The notes: generated by a model from the letters alone, not told the origin. A stretch of 64,000 nt of DNA from Methanocalculus sp. (GCF_013329165.1 NZ_DUKV01000039.1); one strand, 5' to 3'; positions 37,996 through 48,159 are shown, counted from the first letter of the stretch. Numbers and translations: made by a program.

Positions 37996-39068
37996 TCCTG
38001 ATGCTCAAACTGCGTGACATAACCAAAAGATTCGGCGACACCGACGTGCTCAGGGGAGTCTCGGCGGAGATTCAGAAGGGTGAGATCTTTACGATCATCG
38101 GCCCTTCGGGTGCCGGAAAGTCGACACTCCTCAGGATAATCGATTTCCTGGATACACCAACTTCGGGGTCGGTCATCTTCGGTGGGAGAGATATTACCTC
38201 CGAGGGTTCAATTGAGGTTCGTCGCAGGATGGGTATGGTCTTCCAGAAATCAGCGACCTTCAACACAACAGTCTTTGAGAATGTTGCCATCGGCCTCAGG
38301 TTCAGGGGGGTGCCGGAGACGGATGTCAGAAAAAAAATTACAGAAGCGCTTGAGATTGTCGGGCTCACCGGTTTTGAGGAGAGGAAGGCAAAGACACTCT
38401 CAGGTGGGGAGATGCAGCGGGTGGCTCTTGCCCGGGTACTGGTCACAAATCCGGATCTTCTTCTCCTTGATGAGCCAACTGCAAACCTCGATCCGGTCTC
38501 GGTGGAGATGATCGAGGATCTGATCAAGAAGATCAACCGGGATTTTGGGATCACCATTCTCATGTCAACCCATGATATGGTTCAGGGACAGAGGCTGGCA
38601 CACCGGATAGGGGTGATGATGAATGGGATATTTTCCCAGATCGGTACCCCCCGTGAGATCTTTTCAGCTCCTCATGATCGCTACGTTGCCCGTTTTGTCG
38701 GAATTGAGAATATTATTGAGGGTACCATCACTGCAAAAGAGGGCGGCCTTGCCACCATTGAGGCAGATGGCACGCTTCTGTATGCGATCTCCCCGCTTAC
38801 AGAGAGAACCCATGTGCATCTCTTTCTCAGACCTGAGGATATCGCCCTCAGTTGTACAGGCGAACATGCGACAAGTGTCAGGAATGTCCTGCCCGGAAAG
38901 GTTGTTGAGATCACGCCGATGGGGCCCTTGAACCACCTCATCCTTGACTGTGGGGTAGAGCTCATCGCAGTTATTACCTGGAAAGCAACCGAGGAGCTTG
39001 GGATCAGGGTGGGATCTGAGATCTGCGCCTCATTCAAGGCATCGGCTGTGCATGTGGTAGAGAGGTAG
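37992..39068 (+). CDS. tupC: Tungstate ABC transporter ATPase with TOBE domain
   Basis: GPSGAGKST, LSGGE, LLLDEPT, C-terminal TOBE (FKASAVHV). Confidence 0.88.
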   Translation: MILMLKLRDITKRFGDTDVLRGVSAEIQKGEIFTIIGPSGAGKSTLLRIIDFLDTPTSGSVIFGGRDITSEGSIEVRRRMGMVFQKSATFNTTVFENVAIGLRFRGVPETDVRKKITEALEIVGLTGFEERKAKTLSGGEMQRVALARVLVTNPDLLLLDEPTANLDPVSVEMIEDLIKKINRDFGITILMSTHDMVQGQRLAHRIGVMMNGIFSQIGTPREIFSAPHDRYVARFVGIENIIEGTITAKEGGLATIEADGTLLYAISPLTERTHVHLFLRPEDIALSCTGEHATSVRNVLPGKVVEITPMGPLNHLILDCGVELIAVITWKATEELGIRVGSEICASFKASAVHVVER

Positions 39069-39088
39069 GAGATATAATCCTTTGGATT

Positions 39089-39328
39089 TTACGCACTATT
39101 CCTGAAGAGATGCGGGTCCAAGCCAGCCACGCTCTTCCTGCACCCTTCCCGGCTGCTGTTCAGGCCTATACCAAGTTCTTTCCCGGCATGAACAGGAATT
39201 GAGAGATGAATCTGGCTACCAGCTTTCACCAGGATATGATGACTCCCCTCAATATGATTGACAATCCATCCTGCTCTTTTGAAGGCTGCGATGTGTTTAA
39301 TTGCGTTTGCTCGCGGGAGCTTAGGATC
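39089..39328 (-). pseudogene. hicA: HicA-family toxin relic (no start codon, foreign C-terminus)
   Basis: Open frame (D)PKLPRANAIKHIAAFKRAGWIVNHIEGSHHILVKAGSQIHLSIPVHAGKELGIGL containing GSH and PxH motifs; in-frame TAG just upstream, no ATG. Confidence 0.75.
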
Positions 39329-39516
39329 GATAGTCTATGTGAACTCATATACTGAAAAGATGATATGACTTGCTTGGTTCTTCAGAAACATCAGCAAACA
39401 TATCCTCTTAATATTTCTGAGTATCAGGGAATGTCTATGAGTGAACAGATCTTCGGCTTCTCAATTGGATAATATATTGCGCGTTATGATTGGTGAAATA
39501 TTATATAAATTAATTA

Positions 39517-40227
39517 CTATATAAGTTTTGAATTAATCATATCGGCGAGCATTCTGCCCAATTCAGTGAGCCGTATTGAGATATTGCGTCCTTTCTTTAC
39601 CTTTTTAATAAATCCGGCCTCCTCAAGCTTTGAGAGATGGTGGGAGAGCCGGCTCCGCTCGCTCTTGAATTCCTTGCTATCCTTCTCGATATCGGGGGTA
39701 ATCATGAAGATAAGGCTGTCGAGTGACTCGACTCCCTCTCCAATGAGAGTGATAATATGCCGCTGTTCTTCACCAGGATAATCCACCGGGATGACCGGGA
39801 TCTCAATGACCTCCTCAATTCCGATCTCCTCTCCCATGTCATCATATTTCGGGATGGCTGTAATCATCTTCGATCCGGTCATACAGGCGGCGATATAGGC
39901 ACCAACCGACAGGGTATGGGTTGAGCCGGATGTATTGAGGAAGACATCATTTCCAATCATCTTCTCTTCAGTGATCATTGTGAAGAGCTGGTTTGCTGCC
40001 TTCAGAACAGATTGCTTGTCAACTGCCCGGATGTCAATATCCCAGAGCATCTTCAGCTCATTCTGAATCTGCTTTGCAACCTTTTCGATATTCTGTTCAC
40101 TGGCTTTATTTTTATCTTCCCCGACGATAAGAAAGAGTTTTGAGAACGGAATCTCACGAAGGGCGCTGATCGACTCGATCAGGCGATCCTTCTGATTTCC
40201 CACAAAAACAATATGTGTGGTAGGCAT
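39517..40227 (-). CDS. CARF-like Rossmann + wHTH regulator (Csa3/DUF6293-like)
   Basis: THIVFVG, VFLNTSGSTHTLSVGAYIA, EIPVIP linker, RSRLSHHLSKLEEAGFI...LTELG. Confidence 0.75.
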   Translation of the reverse strand: MPTTHIVFVGNQKDRLIESISALREIPFSKLFLIVGEDKNKASEQNIEKVAKQIQNELKMLWDIDIRAVDKQSVLKAANQLFTMITEEKMIGNDVFLNTSGSTHTLSVGAYIAACMTGSKMITAIPKYDDMGEEIGIEEVIEIPVIPVDYPGEEQRHIITLIGEGVESLDSLIFMITPDIEKDSKEFKSERSRLSHHLSKLEEAGFIKKVKKGRNISIRLTELGRMLADMINSKLI

Positions 40228-40298
40228 GTACGTATAGCTATCTCGTTGAATCGTGTATATATCTTTCTATGGATCAATCTCATTTTCGAAGTCCTTAC

Positions 40299-40316
40299 AT
40301 TAAAGTTGACTTTAAT
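40299..40316. promoter_or_regulatory. Perfect 8-2-8 palindrome between divergent CARF-wHTH and protease genes
   Basis: attaaagt-tg-actttaat. Confidence 0.55.
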
Positions 40317-40494
40317 CTTTTGACTCATCAATTTGTTTTCCAGGCAATAGTTATGCATTTCCTCTAAAAATACCAGAATCGTGTAAAGCATCGACCATTG
40401 TATTCATGGCTGATTTTTCTCTTCTATCACCCGGGGAAGGGAACGTGAAAATCCCCTGAATCACAATAATTATCCTTCTGAAAAAGATTAGTAT

Positions 40495-41370
40495 ATGGAA
40501 TCTACTCCTTCCTCTGATATCAAAACAGGATCTACAATCCACTCAAATCCATTGATTACGATTTCAACCTTCGTCATTCTCACCTTCATCTTCTCTTCAC
40601 TCTTCTGGTACCTGATATCAGAGACCCCGGCAATAGCAGACAATATCTCCCGCTTACTTCTCTATACGGTAGTCGTGATGTGGTGCCCGACGCTTGCTGC
40701 CATACTCACCTGGCTGTACTTTCAACGGAACCTGAAAGGCTTTGGAATAGGTTTCAAAAAGCCGATCTGGCTTCTTGGTGCGGCCCTCTTACCTATTGGA
40801 GCCGGTCTCCTGATGTTTGGGTCCGCCTGGATCTCAGCTATTGCCCCTTTCAGCCATGAAGGAGCAGCGATGATCTTCTCGATCAGCTTCATCCCTGCAT
40901 TCTTTACCGCACTTGGATTCAACCTCTTCGCAGCAGCCGGTGAGGAGTTTGGGTGGCGGGGGTTCCTGGTTCCCGAACTTGCCCGGTTCCAGAGTTTCGC
41001 ACCCCTCGCACTGATCTCTGGCGGCATATGGACGGTCTGGCACTTCCCGCTGATCATCTTTGGATCCTATCATGGGGCCGGATCTCTTGCCTTCTCCCTT
41101 GCCGTCTTCATCCCCTCGGTGATGGGTGCAGGACTCATCCTTGCCTGGCTCCGCCTTATGTCGGGATGTGTCTGGGTTGCCGTACTCTTCCATGGCTTCT
41201 GGAACTATTTTATCCAGCAGTTCTACCCGGCGCTTACACAGATGACCGATTCCGGGGAGATGATGCTTGGAGAATTTGGCTGGTTTGCTCCTGTCCTGTA
41301 TGTGGTTCTGGCACTCATCTTCTGGCATTACAGAAATGCACTGCCGAAACTGCCAGCAGAGGGGTTGTGA
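40495..41370 (+). CDS. CPBP/Abi-family intramembrane glutamic endopeptidase
   Basis: GEEFGWRG, WTVWH, AVLFHGFWN. Confidence 0.88.
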   Translation: MESTPSSDIKTGSTIHSNPLITISTFVILTFIFSSLFWYLISETPAIADNISRLLLYTVVVMWCPTLAAILTWLYFQRNLKGFGIGFKKPIWLLGAALLPIGAGLLMFGSAWISAIAPFSHEGAAMIFSISFIPAFFTALGFNLFAAAGEEFGWRGFLVPELARFQSFAPLALISGGIWTVWHFPLIIFGSYHGAGSLAFSLAVFIPSVMGAGLILAWLRLMSGCVWVAVLFHGFWNYFIQQFYPALTQMTDSGEMMLGEFGWFAPVLYVVLALIFWHYRNALPKLPAEGL

Positions 41371-41438
41371 GCCGAGGCTCATTCTGAGGATCTGATCTCA
41401 GGGGCAATGGTTTTTCAGAAGGGGTGACTCTTTCTTCC

Positions 41439-42077
41439 TCAGTTTGAAATCCTCTTTTCCTTTGAAGGCTGAATCCGAAACCCTCCTTTTGGAACCTGGA
41501 TTTAAAACCTCGTTCCCTCTCCGGGCATCCCGGTCTCTGAAATGGAAATTCCGGGAATCTCAAGGATCTCTCTGACATGGAAAAGGCCAAAACCTGTATG
41601 TTTTCCAACTTCACTCTCAAAGATCTTCTCTTTCTGATCATATGGGATTACCCGGCCCGTCATCTTCCCAAGTGATGAGGAGGCCGGCATCTGTCTCCTG
41701 GCATTGAATAGTGATGCCTGTTACCCCTTCTGCATGCCTGAGGCAGTTATCATAGAGGTTCATAAATACCTTCTCGATCATCGGCTCAGCATCGATCAAC
41801 ACTGGATCACAATCAGAGGTGATTGGTAACGTGGAGTCGTCGATCACATTGGGGAGGCCGGATAGCGAGATCCACTCAGGTTCGTTGACAGCGATCTGGT
41901 CATACTGGCGGGTAAATTCGATCTGTCTCTCTATCGCATCAGCAGCGACTTTCAGCTCCTCAAGGTACTCAGCAAGCTCCTCGTCTGATTCTTTCTCCCG
42001 ACAACTGCCAGGTACCCTTTGATCGTCATAATCTTATTCAGTATATCATGGCGGCTGATGCTCGAGAGAAGGTTTAA
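41439..42077 (-). pseudogene. Sensor histidine kinase C-terminal fragment, decayed
   Basis: SISRHDILN (H-box), NLYDNCLRHA, EDDGPG, KHTGFGLF, GEGTRF spread over three frames, with an in-frame TAA and no sensor domain. Confidence 0.85.
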
Positions 42078-42402
42078 GACTGGTTTTGGTCCCCCTCTCT
42101 CAAAGCGGGCGTTAAAGAGCCGTTCAACGGAGATAAGAGAGGCAAAGAATTATTACCCCCAATAGCAGATACAGGTACCGGCGAGGAGTACCCCCTCTGG
42201 GCATAATTGATCTCCTCGTCGTGCTTTGCCACGATAGGAGAATATCCTATATTTTTGCAGAAGCAATGAACCTTTTGTACCGTATAATCGGTGGAGCATA
42301 GAGCAGTTGATCATCCCGGACATCTCTGAATATCAATCCATTTGGTCCATGTCCTGTAAATATCCTTAAATGGGCTTACATTGACACTCTACACAGCTCC
42401 AC

Positions 42403-43005
42403 ATGAATGTTCAAACCATCGAACACTATTGTTTAGGTATTCTGGAACTGATTATCATCTGGTTTGCCTGGAAGGCTTTTCTCAATGAAGATACCGTCCG
42501 TTTTTCTGTTGCCATCATCTCTATGGCTCTTATACTCATTCCATCTCTCATGGAGTTCTTTTTATCCATCCAGCTCCCAACAGGCACCCGTCTTGCCGTG
42601 GCCATCGCTCTCCTCTTCCATGTGGTTGGTGGAATAAACCAGTATTACTGGACAGATGCTCCCTACTATGATAAGGTGGCCCATTGCATCTCAGGCTTTG
42701 CTCTTGGCCTGGTTCTCTTCTCGACTTACCTCTATCTTGGCATGAGGGGTGTCCGGCTCTCACCATCTCATATCATTACAGGAATAATCTTTCTTGTCTT
42801 CGTTTTTGGTGTCGGATGGGAGATCGGCGAGCTTACCATTGACGCTCTGACCGGCTCCACCTATAATCCGGGAGCAGAGGATACCTTCTTCGATATGATC
42901 GGAAACACTCTCGGTTCACTTGTAGCGGCTACGTATGCACTCCGTACGATGAAAACAGCCGCTCCCGGAAAACCGGTCTTTTCCATCCTTAAAAAAACAG
43001 AATAA
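42403..43005 (+). CDS. Membrane protein, DUF2238/VanZ-like
   Basis: YYDKVAH, GWEIGE, DTFFDMIGN. Confidence 0.65.
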   Translation: MNVQTIEHYCLGILELIIIWFAWKAFLNEDTVRFSVAIISMALILIPSLMEFFLSIQLPTGTRLAVAIALLFHVVGGINQYYWTDAPYYDKVAHCISGFALGLVLFSTYLYLGMRGVRLSPSHIITGIIFLVFVFGVGWEIGELTIDALTGSTYNPGAEDTFFDMIGNTLGSLVAATYALRTMKTAAPGKPVFSILKKTE

Positions 43006-43039
43006 CTCTCCTATTGTGCACAAAATCCGAAAAATGAAA

Positions 43040-43113
43040 AGCCTCAGCCGTGATTTGAACACGGGACCTGCTGATTACAAGTCAGCCGCTATGCCGGGCT
43101 AAGCCACTGAGGC
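43040..43113 (-). tRNA. tRNA-Thr (anticodon TGT)
   Basis: Acceptor GCCTCAG/CTGAGGC, anticodon arm GCTGA-CT-TGT-AA-TCAGC, T-loop GTTCAAATC. Confidence 0.95.
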
Positions 43114-43273
43114 GCTTCTGACGCATTATCAGAGACGTGCAATGGGAGTACATTGCCAGCACAAACACCCTGAAATGCTTATAATAATATGCCTGCCACA
43201 TTAAAAAGGTCTTCGGAAGGTGTTTGCAAAACATCCCCTCTCCCCCGGCTCACTCTGCTTCGCTTGCACACTA

Positions 43274-45025
43274 CTACCAGTACAATCCGATCACCGAGAA
43301 CATCAGGATCGAGAGGATAAATGCAAGGATCAGTATTCCAAGGCTTAAGGGGGGAATAAAGATCAACATGGCATTCACGGTGCCTGCAAACTGGGCGATC
43401 CGGTGAGAGCCAAAGATGATGAGCCCTTCACACCATGTTGTCACAGATGCTGACTTTGCGGGTTTCATGTCATCAAGTGCCTCAAGAACAGCAGATCTGA
43501 CATGGGGGATGATTGAAGATACAGGAATGATATGGCCGATAGGGTTCTTTCCGCTCACGGTATTAACAACATGGGTGTCTGTCGTCATAATTTCGGACTC
43601 ATCAACAAGATCACTCATTGCATCCCGTATCTCCTCTCTCACCCCTTCATGGATATTGTTGCCATCGAAGAGAATAAGGGCGGATTTGATATCGTCTACG
43701 TTCATCGCAAGCACCTGGATGCCGAGATCGCCAAATCCTTCCGTCCGTGTAAATGGCAGACGGCGGTGGCATATCCCAACAGAGAACGGCAGAAGTGGTT
43801 CTGTAAGTGCTTTCTCCATCGCAGCGAGGGCTGCACGGTAATATTCTGTTCCAAGTGGTGTTGCCGGCAGTACCGGTGACGAGACCTCTGTCATACAGTT
43901 GTGGGCATCAATAAAGGCAACATCGCGGAACCACCGGTGCCCCTCGGCCATGATCATCATCCCGATATTAAAGTCGATATCCTCTGTTTTTTCAGGTGAA
44001 CGGGTGGAGATCATCAGTATCGAGTCTGAGAACCGCTGGGTCAGTATTTCGACACTTCCATATCGCGTCCTGACCGGCCTGCTTGCCCTCCTGGAAAATG
44101 AGAGGTTTTTCCGGGAATTTTCCAACGCCTCAATGATCGTATCGGCTTCCGACTCCGAAACCAGGTTGAAATCATGGGTTGCACACCCATGTGCGACAAA
44201 GATCTCTTCATCAAACCGATCGTGAATGATTTTGGGGAGGTTCGCACTTCCGATCTCCCCCATCGGACCGGGATGGACATTTGGTATAGTAAGAACCGCA
44301 TCGCCTGCTCCTTCTCGTGAAAAGAAGAGGCTCACCTGCGGAACCGTAACATCCTCGCCGATCTCGCAGAAGAAGTCCTCAAGAGTTTTTGATCCATCGG
44401 TCATATGGGCAATGAATGCATTCAAAAAACTCAGTCCAGACAGGCCAAAAGCCTGTTTCATTGGTCGATCAATGAGCCAGATGAATATGGAACTGCCTAT
44501 TCCAAAGATGATTAAAAGCCCGCTTGCCCAGAGAACAAACTCTCCCCCAAAATAATAGTATCCGGCTCCGAGCCCAAAGAGGCTCTGGAGTGCTGCAGGG
44601 ATGATCATTCTCCTGAGCCGGTAATCGGCAACAGCGACAAGCACCGGCATCCGGAGCGAAAGGATCATGCCAAGTCCTGTTGCATAGGTTATCGGAAGAT
44701 AGAACCCTGAATCTACGCCGATAGCAGCAAAGGCTGTTGTTATGATCCCGATAACCACCGATGCCAGGGCAAGAAGCCCTGAGCGGTTCCAGGCCAGCTC
44801 TTTGCCCTGGATCCTGATGGTAAAACGGGTGAAGAGAAAAGCTAAAAGAGCGGGCAGGGTAAATGCGATTGTTCCAAAGAACCAGATCGGCTCTTGTGCC
44901 CGGATTAATGCCATGTCTATTAAAAAACCGAGAATAAGAATGAGAAGAAGTGATTGCGGCCATGAAGGAGCGGTAAAGATAAACCGTGATAATCTCTCGA
45001 TCCTGACGTCGCCCCCCGGAGCCAT
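43274..45025 (-). CDS. DUF2070 family archaeal membrane protein
   Basis: N-terminal TM bundle, PNVHPGP, HGCATHDFN, DAHNC, DGNN, TTDTH. Confidence 0.85.
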   Translation of the reverse strand: MAPGGDVRIERLSRFIFTAPSWPQSLLLILILGFLIDMALIRAQEPIWFFGTIAFTLPALLAFLFTRFTIRIQGKELAWNRSGLLALASVVIGIITTAFAAIGVDSGFYLPITYATGLGMILSLRMPVLVAVADYRLRRMIIPAALQSLFGLGAGYYYFGGEFVLWASGLLIIFGIGSSIFIWLIDRPMKQAFGLSGLSFLNAFIAHMTDGSKTLEDFFCEIGEDVTVPQVSLFFSREGAGDAVLTIPNVHPGPMGEIGSANLPKIIHDRFDEEIFVAHGCATHDFNLVSESEADTIIEALENSRKNLSFSRRASRPVRTRYGSVEILTQRFSDSILMISTRSPEKTEDIDFNIGMMIMAEGHRWFRDVAFIDAHNCMTEVSSPVLPATPLGTEYYRAALAAMEKALTEPLLPFSVGICHRRLPFTRTEGFGDLGIQVLAMNVDDIKSALILFDGNNIHEGVREEIRDAMSDLVDESEIMTTDTHVVNTVSGKNPIGHIIPVSSIIPHVRSAVLEALDDMKPAKSASVTTWCEGLIIFGSHRIAQFAGTVNAMLIFIPPLSLGILILAFILSILMFSVIGLYW

Positions 45026-45027
45026 AT

Positions 45028-45696
45028 CTACCACAATCCGTTCAGGATCAATTCGCTCCTGCCAGCATTAATCCTGCGATTTTCTCCTCTCCACCTGATT
45101 GGGGTGCTATAGAAAGGTGCGTTTATTGCAAGGGTCTCGTATTCGCCCCCCTCTCCTGCGATATGTATCCGGTTCTTCCCTGAGATCTGCTTCAGCCTCT
45201 CTACCAGTCCGGCATCAATATGGGTGCCAAGCATCTCCTCACCCAGCCCGTCTGCTGCACAGACCACGATGATGGCATCAAGCCGATGTACCACTTCATC
45301 CATGATCCAGTCCGGATCCTTCTGCCAGAGGGGGGTGAAGACAGAAAGCCCCAGCCTCCTGGCAATGGTGCTGACCCGATCATACTGGTACTTCGACTGG
45401 ATTGCACCGGCGATTATGCCTTCGATTGGAAGAAGAGAGAGCCCTTTCTCCAGATCAACCAGCTCCTCCTCTTTTTTACCATGGGTTGTAATCTCTACGT
45501 ACTCCATCTGAGCCCGTTCTGCGATCAGGCGGACCGCATCCAGGTTTGATGAATGGAACATAAAGGAGTCCGGATTATCCGGCCTGACACAGACGATATA
45601 TCCGACATCAAGCCCTGCATCAAGGGCAAGCTGGATCGAGAGGACGGAATCCTTTCCACCTGATGTCAGTGACGCATACACGTGAATATCACCCAA
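45028..45696 (-). CDS. dph6: Diphthine-ammonia ligase
   Basis: SGGKDS, FMFH, GAIQSKYQ, PLW, GEGGEYET. Confidence 0.88.
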   Translation of the reverse strand: MGDIHVYASLTSGGKDSVLSIQLALDAGLDVGYIVCVRPDNPDSFMFHSSNLDAVRLIAERAQMEYVEITTHGKKEEELVDLEKGLSLLPIEGIIAGAIQSKYQYDRVSTIARRLGLSVFTPLWQKDPDWIMDEVVHRLDAIIVVCAADGLGEEMLGTHIDAGLVERLKQISGKNRIHIAGEGGEYETLAINAPFYSTPIRWRGENRRINAGRSELILNGLW

Positions 45697-46558
45697 CGTA
45701 TGTATCCAGCCGTTCCTGCATCAGTTCCCATGTCGGGAGGTTCGTCTGGCAACCGGCCTTCTCGATGACAAATGACGAACAGACTGTTCCAATCCGGCAG
45801 CAGTCTTCAAGAGGCAGCTGTTTCTGGTATGCCGTCAGGAACCCGGCACGGTATGCATCGCCTGCTCCGGTCGGGTCAACAAGTGTCACCGGAACTGATG
45901 GGATCACCGTGAGCGCACCATCTTCGTAGAGTCTGCTCCCCTCTTTCCCCCGGGTAAAGATCGCAACAGGAACGCGTGCAGACAGCTCCTCTTCAGTATG
46001 CGATAGTACTCTGGCCATAATTTCTGCCTCATACCGGTTTGCAAAGAGAATATCAATCGAATCAAGCAGCTGCTCAAACTGTTCGGCACTGTATTTGTGG
46101 ATATCCTGTCCGGGATCAAAAGAGGCAAAACCTGCACGCTCCGCGACCTTCACGTTGTACGAGGGATCGGCGGTTGCCATATGCACAAAGTCAAAGGCAG
46201 GCGGATCGGCCTTTGTAAAAGCTTCAGATGCACCCCATTCAAAGAAGGTGATCTGATCCTCCCGTTCATCGGTGAACATGCAGGCAAGGGGCGTATGGCC
46301 CTCCTCCTCGATATAGAAGTACCGCCCGACATGATGTGAATGAAGCCAGCGGTCATAATCTGTTCCTTCAAAATCGCCTCCTACGGCGGAGACGAGTGTG
46401 GATTCTCCACCAAGGACTGCAATGCCAACAGCGATATTTGCTGCCCCGCCGCCGAAGAAGATCTGGTGATCGAGGATCTGTGTCGAGGTGTTTGGATCCG
46501 GAAGATGCGGGACACGGAAGATATGATCTGTCGCCGTATGGCCGACGACATGAATCAT
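45689..46558 (-). CDS. PfkB-family carbohydrate/nucleoside kinase
   Basis: [27 protein letters not shown]. Confidence 0.9.
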   Translation of the reverse strand: MIHVVGHTATDHIFRVPHLPDPNTSTQILDHQIFFGGGAANIAVGIAVLGGESTLVSAVGGDFEGTDYDRWLHSHHVGRYFYIEEEGHTPLACMFTDEREDQITFFEWGASEAFTKADPPAFDFVHMATADPSYNVKVAERAGFASFDPGQDIHKYSAEQFEQLLDSIDILFANRYEAEIMARVLSHTEEELSARVPVAIFTRGKEGSRLYEDGALTVIPSVPVTLVDPTGAGDAYRAGFLTAYQKQLPLEDCCRIGTVCSSFVIEKAGCQTNLPTWELMQERLDTYVG

Positions 46559-46893
46559 ATCTCGATCACTTCCACAACCTGGAGCGGGATCTCCCTGAGT
46601 GCTTTTCCGATTGTGGCTTTTGCGATACGCTCGGCATGCTGCTCAGATTCTGCCTTGAAGACCTTCATGTCCAGTGTCAGGCCCACAAGGGCAGTATTTG
46701 CCACCATAAGCGCATTATTCAGTTCTTCTTCGCAATTTGGGCATGATGTTGCCCCGATCTCAACCTCGACAAACTTTGCCGTCGGATTGAGGCGTTTCCC
46801 AGCCTCGCTGATGGCAATCCCAATTGCATCATCAACGGTTTTTACATCCTTAACAATCCATGCCGATTCCAGTGTCACATGATAATCTGCCAT
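46555..46893 (-). CDS. DUF555 (UPF0212) protein
   Basis: [32 protein letters not shown]. Confidence 0.85.
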   Translation of the reverse strand: MADYHVTLESAWIVKDVKTVDDAIGIAISEAGKRLNPTAKFVEVEIGATSCPNCEEELNNALMVANTALVGLTLDMKVFKAESEQHAERIAKATIGKALREIPLQVVEVIEI

Positions 46894-46910
46894 ACTAATG
46901 AATCTCCAAC

Positions 46911-47438
46911 TTACCAAAAATCCTCATGCATATGTTCGTGAATGGGCATCCGCTCAGGCGATACTGCCTGCTCCTTCCCCTCTCCAATCAAAAGGATTGC
47001 AACCGGCCGGGCATGAGCCGGAATTCCAAGAATATCCTTCACTTCCTCCTCGTCAAATGCCCCGATCCAGCAGGTGGCACGCCCAAGTGCATGGCTTGCG
47101 AGCATCATGTAGCATCCGGCGATAGTTGCATCCTGTACTGCATAGAGTATCCCCCGTTCTCCGTACCTGGACATCGATCTGACATAATTTGCACAGATGA
47201 CAAAGGCGGTCCCTGCATGGGCAATAAACTCCTGGTTAAATGCCGCATCTGCAAGAGATTCAAGGAGATCCTCCTGCCTGCAGATGATCACATCCCACGC
47301 TTCCCGGTTGCCTGCGGTCGGGCAGGTGGCAGCAGCCCTGAGGATATACTCCACCTCTTCCTTTGGTATCTGCTCGCCGGTATAGCTCCTGATTGAACCG
47401 CGGGATTTCAGAAAACCCAGAAAATCAGAGGATTCCAT
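46911..47438 (-). CDS. Nitroreductase family protein
   Basis: [28 protein letters not shown]. Confidence 0.88.
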   Translation of the reverse strand: MESSDFLGFLKSRGSIRSYTGEQIPKEEVEYILRAAATCPTAGNREAWDVIICRQEDLLESLADAAFNQEFIAHAGTAFVICANYVRSMSRYGERGILYAVQDATIAGCYMMLASHALGRATCWIGAFDEEEVKDILGIPAHARPVAILLIGEGKEQAVSPERMPIHEHMHEDFW

Positions 47439-47781
47439 GTGAATGAAGCACTTCCCAGGCATTCTGTGCAGCTGTTGTTGCAGCAGAGATGCCCTCGCCT
47501 GCCCGCTCTGTTGCAAGACCAAACTGGCTGCTTTCGGTGAGGCTGATCATCTCTGAGAGGGAGTGAGCCACTTTTGAAAAATCCGCATTCCCGGTCTCCG
47601 CTGATGCCCTCTCTGCATCCGCACGTACCTCCTCAATGATGCCGATCAACATCCTTCGACCGCCTGTTCTCTCTTCTTTTGGATAATCCGGCAGGCTTAT
47701 GAGCATCTTTGATACCTGAATAATTCCTGTCTTGAGACACTCAGCATACTGCCATGATAGAACTGCATTCCTGACATCCAT
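47425..47781 (-). CDS. Hypothetical helical protein
   Basis: Clean ORF in operon context; no recognised motif. Confidence 0.6.
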   Translation of the reverse strand: MDVRNAVLSWQYAECLKTGIIQVSKMLISLPDYPKEERTGGRRMLIGIIEEVRADAERASAETGNADFSKVAHSLSEMISLTESSQFGLATERAGEGISAATTAAQNAWEVLHSHGIL

Positions 47782-47832
47782 ATGGATGTACAGGCGATAA
47801 AAGAATATAAAAAGGTAGGTGGCAGTCTCTTA

Positions 47833-48111
47833 TTACCGCCTGGATTTCTGTTTTGCGCCCATCATCGTCTTCTTCGAGCGGCGAATATGGCGCCGGACAC
47901 GCGGGTCGACAACATGTCCTCCCCTGCGCCCTCCCCGGCCCTGCTGCTGGGCGTTTGCCATCTTCTGCTCAAGCTTCTTGACGATGGTGTGTCTCTTAAA
48001 TCTCTGGTTAGGTCCCGGCTTCTTAGCCTCACCACTCTTCTGAGGAACCAGTCTGATCTGTCCCTGGTTTCCTTTTACCTGGTGCCAGTTTACGCTGCCT
48101 GTCTTTCCCAT
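47833..48111 (-). CDS. Small basic protein (DUF5350-like)
   Basis: MGKTGSVNW.QVKG..GQIRLVP...KKPGPNQRFK. Confidence 0.75.
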   Translation of the reverse strand: MGKTGSVNWHQVKGNQGQIRLVPQKSGEAKKPGPNQRFKRHTIVKKLEQKMANAQQQGRGGRRGGHVVDPRVRRHIRRSKKTMMGAKQKSRR

Positions 48112-48159
48112 GTGAAACTCCTTATAACTACTGTCTGGCTTTTTGATAAAGATATCTTT

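Noticed and set aside
39101-39166. Possible hairpin or MITE end (cctgaa...ttcagg) at the HicA breakpoint
   Set aside because: Arms are only 5-6 bp, with no target-site duplication or second copy seen.
41502-41510. In-frame stop in the kinase fragment as selenocysteine or pyrrolysine recoding
   Set aside because: The codon is TAA and the gene also has two frameshifts, so this is ordinary decay.
3760-43113. Two similar tRNA-Thr genes as attL/attR of a 39-kb element
   Set aside because: Both are complete tRNAs with different anticodons and acceptor stems, and the DNA between them is mostly core housekeeping genes with no integrase.
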